Origin: Ignavibacteria bacterium
Lineage (GTDB): Bacteria > Bacteroidota > Ignavibacteria > Ignavibacteriales > SURF-24
Assembly (NCBI GenBank): GCA_025612245.1
Contig: JAAXKQ010000014.1
Span: 40,028-104,027 of the forward strand
Direction of reading: 5' to 3'
Length of the DNA stretch: 64,000 nt
Below the pieces are notes generated by a model, which was not told the origin of the DNA, searched no databases, and was given only the letters and a program-made list of their open reading frames with translations. The translations under genes were made by a program, and so were the position numbers. This document shows, piece by piece, positions 26,365-36,417 of the stretch. How positions within the stretch are numbered: position 1 is the first letter of the stretch; every line of letters begins with the position of its first letter.

Positions 26365-28566
26365 TTATTTTATAAGCATTAACTTTTTCTCATCTTTGAA
26401 ACTGCCGGATTCAAGCCGATATATATATGTCCCGCTTGGCAAATGGCCGGCGTTGAATTTGGCAGTATAGTTGCCCGCGGGCCTGAATTCATCGATTAGC
26501 ACCGCTACCTTACTGCCAAGCATATTAAATACAATCAGCTTTACCCTTCCTCCTTTTGTAATGGAAAAATTGATTTCAGTCGTCGGATTGAAAGGATTTG
26601 GGTAATTCTGTTTGAGGCAATAACCGATGGGGATATTCTCATTATTATTATTATTTTCCAAACCTGAAGAAAGGCATTTCGGGTCGAATGAACCATTTAG
26701 TATATTTGCCAGTGTATCAATCAGCACCCTGTTACAAAAATAATCGTATCCGTTCAGGTGTTCGGATGTGACCCCGGTATTAATTCCGTTTATTATGCTG
26801 CAAACAGATGCAGTGGGTGTCTTATCCCTGCCCGAAAACAGACCGAAGCTGATTAAGTTAGGGCCGTAATTTTCATTATTTTCATGAGGTTCCCTGTAAG
26901 AGAAAAATGCCCAGCTAAAGCCGTATTTTTCTATATTATTCATAATATCCCTGAAGTATGTATATGCATGAGGTTCTTTCTCGGCAAGGGGAATTCCGAA
27001 TTCACCAAGAAAGACAGGGACATTATATTTGTCAGAAAACTCTTTCATTATATTGAATGCAGCATCAATACGGTCGGTGTGGGAAGAAAGTATCATCTCA
27101 ATTTTATTAGTATCAGTATCATCCCAGGTGAGGTTTTGTACACATCTTTTAATTGGTATAGTAGTCGGATTACCATCCTTTTTCATTTCAATAATGAATC
27201 CTCCATTATCATCTAACGAATCCCCGTCGATAACTGCCCTGAAAATATAGGACCGGGTCTCATCCAGTGAAAATGGTCTGTTCCATGATGCATTATCATA
27301 ACTTATGATCGCACAATTATTGCTTGAGGTCCTAACATCAGAATCGCTTTTTACTGAATTGCTTATTGAGATAAAATTATCTCCCAAATATGTATAACTA
27401 TTGACAGAACTGCCCCAGTTTCCGCCGACACCGATTCCGAATCTTCTGCCACTGTTATTATCAAGGATATATTTTCCATTGGTATCTTCCATGATTTGCT
27501 GATTCTGCAAATCAAGTTTAATAACAATTGAACCATTCGAATTATCGGTTATATCAAAATATTTGAGTTTATATCTTCCCCTTTGGTTAAATGAAGTAAA
27601 AACTAGGTCCGGACTTTTTTCGTAATTCAGATCTCCTGCTGTAAAGTTGAACCGGACAGTATCGAAGCCGGTATTGCTGGTGATATAGCCTTTATAACCC
27701 TTATATTTATCCCCCGTTTTCCAGTTGCAGCCCCTGAAGGCAAAATCATCCATGTAATAATGGAAACCATAAACAACATTTTTAAATTCTTTCAGTCCTT
27801 CATAAAGATAATTAAACCCTCGGTAATCGGGTTTTGCATAGTTTAAGCCATCGACAATAACTACCCTGCTGCCGTCCTTAAGTGAATCTTTTAAGGATAT
27901 TAACAGGTTATTCATTAACCCTCTGTAAATATCCCTGGTGCTGTATGACCTGGATTTATAAGGTTTGTTTTGATCATCGTAGTTTATCTGTGGTTCATTC
28001 AGAAATTCATATAAGACATGGGAAAAACCAGACTCGCTGCACAATTTCATTATACTTTTCCAGTGCTGTCTGAATTTTTCTTTATTGTTTTCATTATAAT
28101 AAAATTCCCATTCGCTGTAATAGCCTTCATAAGGAAAGCTGCCAGGGGGGGCGAAATAGGCAATTATGAGGTAAAGGCCATTATCTTTTGCCCATTTGAT
28201 GAGCTGTTTAATTCTCTGCAGATCCGGGATACTTTCAAAATGAGAAGGACAGATATTTACCCGGACGGCATTAAACCCCATTTTCCTAATTCGTGTATAA
28301 TCATCTTCCGTGTGCAGCCAGCTTAACACATCAGAAAAGCTCTGGTTGAAATATTTACTACCCCATGGGTCATAACTGTCTTCAATATAGTCGTTAAGAT
28401 TTATGGCTTTTATGATGAATGGATGATCATCTGAATCAAAGAGCTGATTACCTGAGACATGCAGAGGACTGCCTGGGATCTGCGGAAAAGCATAGGATGC
28501 CGGGATGATTACAATCAGAAATATTGTAAATACAAGTTTAATATGAAAGGAATCATTCAGATTCAT
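26365..28566 (-). CDS. GH5-family glycoside hydrolase with internal inserted domain and T9SS C-terminal sorting domain
   Basis: 733 aa. Carries the GH5 acid/base motif LYEFLNEPQ, the nucleophile motif VFLGEFG, and the C-terminal KQNYPNPFNPTTEINF...GTYIYRL sorting domain. Confidence 0.75.
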   Translation of the reverse strand: MNLNDSFHIKLVFTIFLIVIIPASYAFPQIPGSPLHVSGNQLFDSDDHPFIIKAINLNDYIEDSYDPWGSKYFNQSFSDVLSWLHTEDDYTRIRKMGFNAVRVNICPSHFESIPDLQRIKQLIKWAKDNGLYLIIAYFAPPGSFPYEGYYSEWEFYYNENNKEKFRQHWKSIMKLCSESGFSHVLYEFLNEPQINYDDQNKPYKSRSYSTRDIYRGLMNNLLISLKDSLKDGSRVVIVDGLNYAKPDYRGFNYLYEGLKEFKNVVYGFHYYMDDFAFRGCNWKTGDKYKGYKGYITSNTGFDTVRFNFTAGDLNYEKSPDLVFTSFNQRGRYKLKYFDITDNSNGSIVIKLDLQNQQIMEDTNGKYILDNNSGRRFGIGVGGNWGSSVNSYTYLGDNFISISNSVKSDSDVRTSSNNCAIISYDNASWNRPFSLDETRSYIFRAVIDGDSLDDNGGFIIEMKKDGNPTTIPIKRCVQNLTWDDTDTNKIEMILSSHTDRIDAAFNIMKEFSDKYNVPVFLGEFGIPLAEKEPHAYTYFRDIMNNIEKYGFSWAFFSYREPHENNENYGPNLISFGLFSGRDKTPTASVCSIINGINTGVTSEHLNGYDYFCNRVLIDTLANILNGSFDPKCLSSGLENNNNNENIPIGYCLKQNYPNPFNPTTEINFSITKGGRVKLIVFNMLGSKVAVLIDEFRPAGNYTAKFNAGHLPSGTYIYRLESGSFKDEKKLMLIK

Positions 28567-29526
28567 AATCCGGACTTCGCATTGTTAGTAATACTATTGC
28601 CAGATCTTTTTTATGAGGTAAGTTAAAATATTTTATTTAAAGTTTAAAGTATAATCTTTAAATGCAAGATGCTCATAAATAATGTAAGCCTGAGGGCATG
28701 AAAAATGATTCGTTGCCCCCAAAATAAATGTAGCCCAAAAATCAGCTCAAATATTCCGCTTTAAGGCCGATTTTTCAAGTAAAATTCTTGAGATTCTGAA
28801 CCTGGTTCGGAGATAAAATTTACTTGCAATAAAAGTGATTAAAGATTACTTTTCGCCACTGGGGAAAAGTCTTTTTATTGACCACCATAGTTATTTTTTA
28901 TTATGAGTCAACTATTTTTATCCAATGTTACATTTCATTATGAGTCAATGCGCATCTGAACATTCAACCGGCCCGCAACTATACTCCCGGCCCGGAATAA
29001 AACTTCCGAGCTATCCCGGGAAAGCCACGTCCTTCAAGGTAAGGCGGGCTTTCTCGTTGAACTTCAATGAGTGGTAATAAAAGATTTTTACGTGCTACTA
29101 AAATTTGAAATCCGTCGTGGCCAGACTGGTCAGTGTTGTGACTTCGGACACATAACACTACTTAAATTGGCAAAAGATACTGGTTGCATCAGATAATTTC
29201 ATTTATTAATTTTACTAAAATTTAATTACATACTAAATCAGTCTTTTTCAGTTTTGTTGTGTTCACAAGCTGGATAGTGTCATGGCCGCATTTAATTTCC
29301 TATGCTTCTATGATTTCAACCATGACATGAAAACCCTGGATGTTCAGATCCTTTGCTGATTTATGCCTTTACAATATACTCCAGCATTTCATGACCTTTT
29401 CCTTAAGTTGACAATAAAATTATTCTTATATACCCTGCACTTTCTGTTTACTTGGCCTACACGCCTCAATAAATGAAGGGTACAAGTTTTTCTTTATTTT
29501 ATTTAACTACTATTTAGGGAGGTCCT

Positions 29527-31020
29527 ATGAAACTCTGCTACATTAAAGCGGTATTGCTTATTGCATTATTTGCTGCTTTCAGCCAGCCTTATTATGCCCA
29601 GTTCAGTAATTTCCCGATAAAAATAGGATTTAGCTTCTCCGCCCTGGATCCAAATACGGAGTTTCACGGTGGCAGTGGACTCAAATGGTCCACATATTCA
29701 AGAGGCTTTTTAAGGATCGGGCTTTCAGAGAAAATTGAAGGTGAAATAGGAGGCGGTTATATGAAGTATGCGGGCCTGGACCGCCTGCATAAATATTACA
29801 CTACCAACATGTACCCTATAGATCTCAGGGTTGTATATAACCCATTTGATTTTGAATCATGGAATCCTTACCTCTCGGCAGGAATTGGACTGGTCTACTG
29901 GACAAACAAGCAGGCCGCATCCGAGCATTCACCACTGCGTGTGGATTATGACGGCTTTACACGCATAATTCCCCTGACAGCTGGAGCAGAGCTAAAACTC
30001 ACAAAAGAGCTGCGGCTCGACCTCAGCATCGGATATACTCACTCATTTACTAACGACCTGAATGGTTATAAAGCCGAAAAAAATTTCCTCAAGAATGATG
30101 GGGCCTTCAACCTCGGCGCCGGACTGTCTTTTGCCTTTAACGTGAGAGAAAAAGACAGCGATATGGATGGGATTACTAACAGCGATGAAAAAAGGATCGG
30201 AACAGATCCTGAGAATCCGGATACCGATGCCGATAACCTGAAGGACGGTGAGGAAGTTACAACCTACAAAACCAACCCGCTGAAAGCTGATACCGACGGC
30301 GACGGCTTAATGGATAACGAAGAAGTGATAATCCATAAAACGAATCCTAACCTGGCTGATACCGATAACGATAAACTTTCAGACGGCGAAGAACTGTTGA
30401 AATACAAAACCAATCCCTTGATGACTGATACCGACGGCGACAAGCTCTCCGACGGAGAAGAGGTGCTGACCTATAAAACCAACCCGCTTGAAGTTGACAC
30501 CGATAAAGATGGATTAACTGACTTTGATGAAGTTCAGAAGTATAAGACCAATCCCCTTTTAGCTGATACAGACGAAGGAGGGAAAAATGACGGCATTGAA
30601 GTAAATGCAGGCACTAACCCGCTCCTTAAGGATGATGACGTTGCAAAGGTAGAAATACCCCAGGAACCCGTTAAGGAAGAAGTTTTTGACCTGGAGGGGA
30701 TTTTATTCGCTTCAAACAGTTCAGCCATTTCTCCGCAGGCAGAGCTGATACTCCGGAAGGACCTTGAGTATCTCTTGAAACACACCGACCTTAAAATTCA
30801 GGTAAACGGGCATACGGACAGCATTGGCAAGCTTTCATATAACACCATGCTGTCTGAAAAAAGGGCTGCCTCGGTCAAAAACTGGCTCGTAAAGAATGGC
30901 ATCCAGCCTGAAAGAATTGCAACAAAAGGCTTTGGCCCGAAAGAGCCTTTGGCTCCCAATAATGTAGCCGACGGAAGAAAGAAAAACAGAAGAGCTGAAC
31001 TTAAGCAAGCCGACTTGTAA
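29527..31020 (+). CDS. OmpA-family protein with N-terminal beta-barrel and thrombospondin type-3 Ca-binding repeats
   Basis: 497 aa with signal peptide. Repeated DTDGDGLMDNEE / DTDNDKLSDGEE / DTDGDKLSDGEE / DTDKDGLTDFDE units. The C-terminal OmpA domain reads NGHTDSIG...NTMLSEKRA...NRRAEL. GGGAGG RBS. Confidence 0.85.
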   Translation: MKLCYIKAVLLIALFAAFSQPYYAQFSNFPIKIGFSFSALDPNTEFHGGSGLKWSTYSRGFLRIGLSEKIEGEIGGGYMKYAGLDRLHKYYTTNMYPIDLRVVYNPFDFESWNPYLSAGIGLVYWTNKQAASEHSPLRVDYDGFTRIIPLTAGAELKLTKELRLDLSIGYTHSFTNDLNGYKAEKNFLKNDGAFNLGAGLSFAFNVREKDSDMDGITNSDEKRIGTDPENPDTDADNLKDGEEVTTYKTNPLKADTDGDGLMDNEEVIIHKTNPNLADTDNDKLSDGEELLKYKTNPLMTDTDGDKLSDGEEVLTYKTNPLEVDTDKDGLTDFDEVQKYKTNPLLADTDEGGKNDGIEVNAGTNPLLKDDDVAKVEIPQEPVKEEVFDLEGILFASNSSAISPQAELILRKDLEYLLKHTDLKIQVNGHTDSIGKLSYNTMLSEKRAASVKNWLVKNGIQPERIATKGFGPKEPLAPNNVADGRKKNRRAELKQADL

Positions 31021-31042
31021 TTTCTGCTAACTGGGATATTTA

Positions 31043-31097
31043 TCCGGGAGAAAATGCTTTCAGGTTTCTGGGGCATTTTCTCCCGGAATTCCTTTTT
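31043..31097 (+). terminator. rho-independent terminator of the OmpA-family gene
   Basis: 15-bp perfect stem TCCGGGAGAAAATGC / GCATTTTCTCCCGGA followed by ATTCCTTTTT. Confidence 0.8.
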
Positions 31098-31317
31098 GTG
31101 CATCCATTCTCCTGGCAAATCCGGAGGAAACGCCTTGAACTTTCTCCTTCCATTAACACTTCTTTTAGACAAAAATATATTTGTCAAGAAAAATTATAGA
31201 AAATTATTTCCCTGTAAACTCGGCGTAGAAATCATTAGAATGCTAAAAACTATTTCTGAAAACCGGCAGCTGGCATGCTTCAACTTCCGGGAAATATTCA
31301 ATTTATTCAGGAGCCCT

Positions 31318-32493
31318 ATGAAAAACCAGTTATACAAGGTATTTTTCTGTGCAGTATTTCTATTAACTTTTGACTGTACAGTCTCTTTTGCTTTTGAACC
31401 CACGGATTCCACGTATAAAGTTGCCGGCTTCCGTGGCTCTCACATTCATAATTACAAGTCCGAATACTGGATGGCAGCAGGCAATGCAATGAGCAAAAAC
31501 TTCAGTGGTTATTCCACGGCTGCCGTCTGGATCGTAAGCTTCTTTCAGGATGATGGCTCTTCGCAAATGGTATTCCCCTCAGATGGTAAGCAGTACGCGG
31601 GAATTAGCTTTTCATCCGTAGATTATGCCGAAGCCTACCTTTCGAAATTCGACAATTCCGGAATCAAGGTCTGGCTTCAGGTTGAACCCGGCAATGCGGA
31701 CATGATTACACTTATCAACATGGTCCTAAACAGGTATAAACAGCATAAATGCGTCGTTGGGTTTGGGGTAGATGCCGAGTGGTACCGCAATAACGGGCAG
31801 TACCCCAATAACAATTACGGAATTCAGATATCTGATGCTGAGGCACAGGCATGGGAGGCTGCCGTAAAATCGGTTAATCCAAACTATTCCCTCTTCCTAA
31901 AGCATTTTACTGAAAGCCACATGCCTCCTAAATACAGGGGAAATATAATTTTTGTCGACGACAGCCAGCAGTTTTCAAATCTAAACGATATGCTCTACTA
32001 CTTCAAAAAGTGGGGCAGCACATTCGCTTCAAATAAAGTTGTCTATCAGTTCGGCTATCAGGCCGACAAAGTGTGGTGGAGCAAATACTCAAATCCTCCT
32101 AAAGCACTGGGCGACGCGATCAGAAATGCAATACCTAATACGGCCGGCTTGTTCTGGGTGGATTTTACAATTACAGACGTATTTCCACTTTCAATTACCG
32201 GTATAGAAAGTGACCCCGCCGGCGCCCCCGGAGCATATGAACTAAAGCAGAATTACCCCAATCCTTTTAATCCTTCGACAACGATAGAATTTACAATTAA
32301 AGAAAGCGGTTTCGTTACACTGAAGATATATGATTTACTGGGAAAAGAAGTTGCAACTCTGGTAAATGAATTTACTGCGGCCGGAAAACATTCAGCCATA
32401 TTTAACAGCGCGGCGCTGCCTTCGGGAATTTACATCTACAGAATTGAAGCAGGCGGATTTACAGCGGTCAAAAAGCTGGTATTGCTAAAATAA
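31318..32493 (+). CDS. secreted T9SS cargo protein, function unknown (possibly glycosidase-like barrel)
   Basis: I prefer the ATG at 31318 (AGGAG RBS; MKNQLYKVFFCAVFLLTF signal peptide), 391 aa. The C-terminal KQNYPNPFNPSTTIEF...GIYIYRI is a T9SS sorting domain. Confidence 0.55.
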   Translation: MKNQLYKVFFCAVFLLTFDCTVSFAFEPTDSTYKVAGFRGSHIHNYKSEYWMAAGNAMSKNFSGYSTAAVWIVSFFQDDGSSQMVFPSDGKQYAGISFSSVDYAEAYLSKFDNSGIKVWLQVEPGNADMITLINMVLNRYKQHKCVVGFGVDAEWYRNNGQYPNNNYGIQISDAEAQAWEAAVKSVNPNYSLFLKHFTESHMPPKYRGNIIFVDDSQQFSNLNDMLYYFKKWGSTFASNKVVYQFGYQADKVWWSKYSNPPKALGDAIRNAIPNTAGLFWVDFTITDVFPLSITGIESDPAGAPGAYELKQNYPNPFNPSTTIEFTIKESGFVTLKIYDLLGKEVATLVNEFTAAGKHSAIFNSAALPSGIYIYRIEAGGFTAVKKLVLLK

Positions 32494-32526
32494 GATGTTG
32501 AATCATAAGCAGGCCTGGGCGGTATA

Positions 32527-33270
32527 TTAAAAGACTATGTGGCATTCTATGCCCATACGCCTGGCATTATCCGCTATGGCCTGGCTTACTGCTTCGAAAT
32601 ATTCATCATCCAGATATTTCTCCAATTTATTATTCCTGTATACGCTTTTCGCATAGTCATAATTCATGCGGTCCACATAAATGTAATCAACTTTCCCTTC
32701 AAGCATTTCCATTAAGTTTTCCGCCCCGGGCAAGATCGGAGCTATCATGGCATAGGTCCTTATGCCGGAATCGTGCAATGCTTTTAACGAGTTAACCCGG
32801 TCCATAATAAAAGACGCCCGGGGTTCGAATATTTTCCTGATTCTGTCATCGGCCGTCGTAACAGACATTCCGGCATCACAATTTTTAATACCTTGTAATA
32901 TGTCTATATCCCTCACAACCAGTTTTGAACGTGTTTGTATTACAACAGGCCAATCGTTATCCGACAGTATTTTAAGGCATTCCCGGGTCAGTTTATACCT
33001 GGCTTCCAAAGGCTGATATGGGTCGCATACGCCGCTAATCCAAACCCGGTCCCTTTTCTTTTTCCTGATTTCTTTCCGCAGTAATTCGGCAGCATTAACC
33101 TTTACATCAACAAATTCGCCCCATGCTTCTCTGTGCCCCGTAAATTTTTTCATGTAACGCGCATAACAGTAACTGCACCCAAACTGACAGCCTACATAAG
33201 GATTTATTACATAAGTATAGATCTTCGAAGCAGAAAGTATCGATTTTGCACTGATTTCATTTACAACCAT
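32527..33270 (-). CDS. radical SAM protein (SplB/COG1533-like)
   Basis: 247 aa with the CQFGCSYC (CxxxCxxC) motif near the N-terminus. Confidence 0.7.
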   Translation of the reverse strand: MVVNEISAKSILSASKIYTYVINPYVGCQFGCSYCYARYMKKFTGHREAWGEFVDVKVNAAELLRKEIRKKKRDRVWISGVCDPYQPLEARYKLTRECLKILSDNDWPVVIQTRSKLVVRDIDILQGIKNCDAGMSVTTADDRIRKIFEPRASFIMDRVNSLKALHDSGIRTYAMIAPILPGAENLMEMLEGKVDYIYVDRMNYDYAKSVYRNNKLEKYLDDEYFEAVSQAIADNARRMGIECHIVF

Positions 33271-33609
33271 TTAGTCCTCACATATTCCCAACTTCCTTTG
33301 CTGAACCGGTCCTTATTTAATCCCGGTTCAGGAAGAAAGGCAGCATGTTTTTTTACAGCCTATTGCAAGATAAAAATCCATTGTAATATTTACAAATTAC
33401 TCCTGCCTTATTATCATTCCTGCTTACGGCCGGGCGGGTCGTTAAAATCCGTCAGATACGAATTTCGGCTGACATTTTTTCCACGAAATTGTTATTTTTA
33501 AGGTGCTGTTTAATTTATTCCGCATCAACTTCCGGAAATTCCGGACTTTAGTTCTACGGGATCTTGTTAAGAATGATATTCCCATTTTAAGATAAAAGTC
33601 GGAGTTTTT

Positions 33610-35418
33610 ATGAATTCTGTCGTACTCATTATAATTGGCGCCCTTGTTCTCATTTTGGGCTACAGGTTTTACGGTGCCTTCATAGCCGCAAAAGTGCTTG
33701 TAACAGACCCGTCAAGAAAAGTCCCGTCTGTTATACACAACGACGGGAGGGATTATGTCCCTACCAACCGCCTGGTTTTACTCGGGCATCATTTTGCAGC
33801 CATTGCAGGTGCAGGACCTCTGATCGGGCCTGTTCTTGCCGCGCAGTTCGGTTATCTTCCAGGTACACTTTGGATCCTTATTGGGGCTGTCTTTGCCGGA
33901 GCCGTGCACGACATGGTAATACTGTTCGCTTCTGTAAGGCACGACGGGCAGTCAATTGCAGAAATTGCCAAGTCATTACTGAACGGAAGGATCGGCCTGC
34001 TTACTTCATTTGCGGTTATTTTTATTCTCATCATTTCAATGGCAGGACTTGGGATTCCGGTAGTAAACGCTTTAAAGAATTCCCCATGGGGCACATTTAC
34101 CGTTGGCTTTACTATTCCGGTTGCACTATTGATCGGAATCTATTTAAAGTACCTGAGGCCAGGAAAGATTGCCGAGGCAACAGTAATTGGCATGGCGTTA
34201 GTACTCTTTGGAGTTTTTGCCGGCCCGTTTGTTCAGCAAATGGAATGGGCAAAGATCATTACTTTCAACGATAAAGAGCTTTCAGTTATTCTTGCCATTT
34301 ATGGCTTTAGCGCGGCTGCACTTCCTGTATGGCTGCTGCTTCTGCCAAGGGACTATCTGAGCACATACATGAAACTTGGCGTAATTTTCATTCTAGCCGT
34401 TGGTTTAATCATAATTCATCCGAACCTCCGGATGCCGGCTATAACACAGTTTGTCAATGGCGGAGGTCCTGTAATTCCGGGTAAGGTATTCCCGTTCTTG
34501 TTTATTACCATTGCCTGCGGCGCATTGTCCGGCTTCCACTCTCTGGTCAGCTCGGGCACCACACCAAAGCTTATCAGCAGCGAGAAAGATATTCTTCCGA
34601 TTGGATTTGGAGCCATGTTAATTGAAGGTTTCATCGGCCTGGTAGCTTTAATTGCCGCAACTGTCCTTCCCACTTCCGATTACTTTGCAATAAATTCATT
34701 GCCCGCAGTCTTCGATAAACTGCATATGAACCCGGTGGAACTACCTATGCTATCTTCACTGGTAGGGGAGAACCTTGCCGGCAGACCTGGCGGGTCGGTT
34801 TCGCTTGCCGTCGGAATGACCTATGTATTTTATAAGATCCCCGGCCTTAGCTTCGTTATGAAATACTGGTACCACTTCTGTATAATGTTTGAGGCCCTTT
34901 TTATACTTACAACTATTGATGCCGGAACGAGAATCGGAAGATATCTGCTTCAGGATCTCTTCGGTCATGCTTGGGGCCCCCTTGCCAAAAGAAATAAATG
35001 GAGCAACATTCTTTTCTTTTCGGCCGCTATTTCAGCCTCATGGGGCTATTTGCTTTATACCGGAAACGTATCTACAATCTGGCCGTTGTTCGGAACCGCA
35101 AATCAGATGCTTGCAATTATCGCCTTTGCAATTGGAACAACATTTTTAATCAGGACGGAAAAGCAGAAGTACATTCTTATTACGTTGATCCCGATGATAA
35201 TGGTAACAATAGTAACCTTGTCCGCCGCTTTTATTAATATTTTTTCAAACTATCTGCCCAAACAGCTATATCTGCTTGTAGCTCTTTCTGCACTATTGAT
35301 TTTAATGGTTGTATGGCTGCTTATAGAAAGCATTATTCAGTGGCGTAAAATGCTGTCAAAAAAGCCTCTTGTTGAAGAGGAAGAGGAAGTTAAGCAAATG
35401 GCTGAAACCGGGAAATAG
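33610..35418 (+). CDS. cstA: carbon starvation protein A (peptide/pyruvate transporter family)
   Basis: 602 aa and polytopic. The N-terminus YRFYGAFIAAKVL...DYVPTN..VLLGHHFAAIAGAGPLIGPVLAAQFGYLPG is canonical CstA. Confidence 0.9.
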   Translation: MNSVVLIIIGALVLILGYRFYGAFIAAKVLVTDPSRKVPSVIHNDGRDYVPTNRLVLLGHHFAAIAGAGPLIGPVLAAQFGYLPGTLWILIGAVFAGAVHDMVILFASVRHDGQSIAEIAKSLLNGRIGLLTSFAVIFILIISMAGLGIPVVNALKNSPWGTFTVGFTIPVALLIGIYLKYLRPGKIAEATVIGMALVLFGVFAGPFVQQMEWAKIITFNDKELSVILAIYGFSAAALPVWLLLLPRDYLSTYMKLGVIFILAVGLIIIHPNLRMPAITQFVNGGGPVIPGKVFPFLFITIACGALSGFHSLVSSGTTPKLISSEKDILPIGFGAMLIEGFIGLVALIAATVLPTSDYFAINSLPAVFDKLHMNPVELPMLSSLVGENLAGRPGGSVSLAVGMTYVFYKIPGLSFVMKYWYHFCIMFEALFILTTIDAGTRIGRYLLQDLFGHAWGPLAKRNKWSNILFFSAAISASWGYLLYTGNVSTIWPLFGTANQMLAIIAFAIGTTFLIRTEKQKYILITLIPMIMVTIVTLSAAFINIFSNYLPKQLYLLVALSALLILMVVWLLIESIIQWRKMLSKKPLVEEEEEVKQMAETGK

Positions 35419-35445
35419 TTTTCCGGCATCTATGTTATTCATTCA

Positions 35446-35494
35446 GAACCGGGCATCCCGTGGAATTCTTAAGGTATTCCGGGATGCCCGGTTC
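35446..35494. terminator. hairpin between convergent cstA and methyltransferase genes
   Basis: 15-bp perfect arms GAACCGGGCATCCCG / CGGGATGCCCGGTTC. Confidence 0.6.
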
Positions 35495-35548
35495 ATATCC
35501 GATCCTTTTTAATCCGAAATTCTAATGACACCCCCGACCTGCATTTTT

Positions 35549-36304
35549 CTAGCTTTTCGTGCAGTAATAAATAAATTCATCTTTAAGCAGTCCCATCTTC
35601 AGTATCTCTTCTTCCGGGCAGAGGCTTTCGGCGGAAACCTCTGAGACTCTAAACCCCGCATCCTTTAATCTGAAGATAAAATCCTTGCCATAGCACCTCA
35701 CGTGATCCTCCTGCCCAAAGAGCCTTAAACGTTCTGCCGGATCGGTTACAGCGGGATCTTCAAATGTCTCTTCCATATCATTAACCGGAACCATGAAGAT
35801 TGCCCAGCCGTCATTCTTTAAAATGCGGTGGATTTCAGACAATGCCTTTCTATCGTCCTGCACGTGCTCTAAAACATGACTGCAATAAACCGCATCAATG
35901 CTTCCTTCTTCAAACTGAATATTGGTTATATCCATGTTGAACTTTACATGCTTATCGTATAAATCTGCCGTAAGGTAATTCTCAGCTCCAAGAAGCCGTT
36001 CCAGGCGCGGCAAAAAACATCTCTCCGGGGCAAAGTGCAGAAATAATTTTTTCTTACCGTCAAAAAGGTTCGTCTTCCTCTTTAGAAAAAGCCATATAAG
36101 CCTGTGCCGCTCCAGAGAATTGCAGTGGACACAAACAGATCCTTCTCGCCCGGTTTCACCATAGGTTCTGAACTTACGGGAATACTTCCCGCAGACCGGG
36201 CAGTATTTATTCTTACCCGTGTAGAGTAGCAAGTAAATAAAATCCCTTGCTACTCTTAAGAATTCCTTTAGCCAGTCCGGCATTATTTTAATCAATAGGT
36301 GCAT
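35549..36304 (-). CDS. class I SAM-dependent methyltransferase with N-terminal zinc ribbon
   Basis: 251 aa. Zinc ribbon CPVCG...CVHCNSLERHR is followed by a Methyltransf_11-like core (DAVYCSHVLEHVQDDRKALSEIHRILKNDGWAIFMVP). Confidence 0.65.
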   Translation of the reverse strand: MHLLIKIMPDWLKEFLRVARDFIYLLLYTGKNKYCPVCGKYSRKFRTYGETGREGSVCVHCNSLERHRLIWLFLKRKTNLFDGKKKLFLHFAPERCFLPRLERLLGAENYLTADLYDKHVKFNMDITNIQFEEGSIDAVYCSHVLEHVQDDRKALSEIHRILKNDGWAIFMVPVNDMEETFEDPAVTDPAERLRLFGQEDHVRCYGKDFIFRLKDAGFRVSEVSAESLCPEEEILKMGLLKDEFIYYCTKS

Positions 36305-36417
36305 TTTAATAATAAATTTATGGCAAGATTCGTCAAAAATAATGAATTTTGATCAAATAAAATAGAAGCTATGGGATTTGTAGGTAAGGCTCATAATCAA
36401 AACAGCAGGTCATAAAA

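Noticed and set aside
28567-29526. tmRNA, RNase P RNA or SRP RNA hidden in the ORF-free region.
   Set aside because: On either strand I could not find the tmRNA tRNA-like end (GGTTCGA...CCACCA), a tag ORF ending ..LAA, the RNase P GGAAAGTCC box or the SRP GGAA/AGCA motifs. Only an unclassified hairpin remains.
31054-31317. 88-codon N-terminal extension of the T9SS cargo ORF. The NUDIX ORF (39643-39837) and the VOC ORF (53954-54082) have similar extensions.
   Set aside because: The extensions overlap terminators or upstream genes and lack an RBS. The internal starts have Shine-Dalgarno sequences and sensible N-termini.
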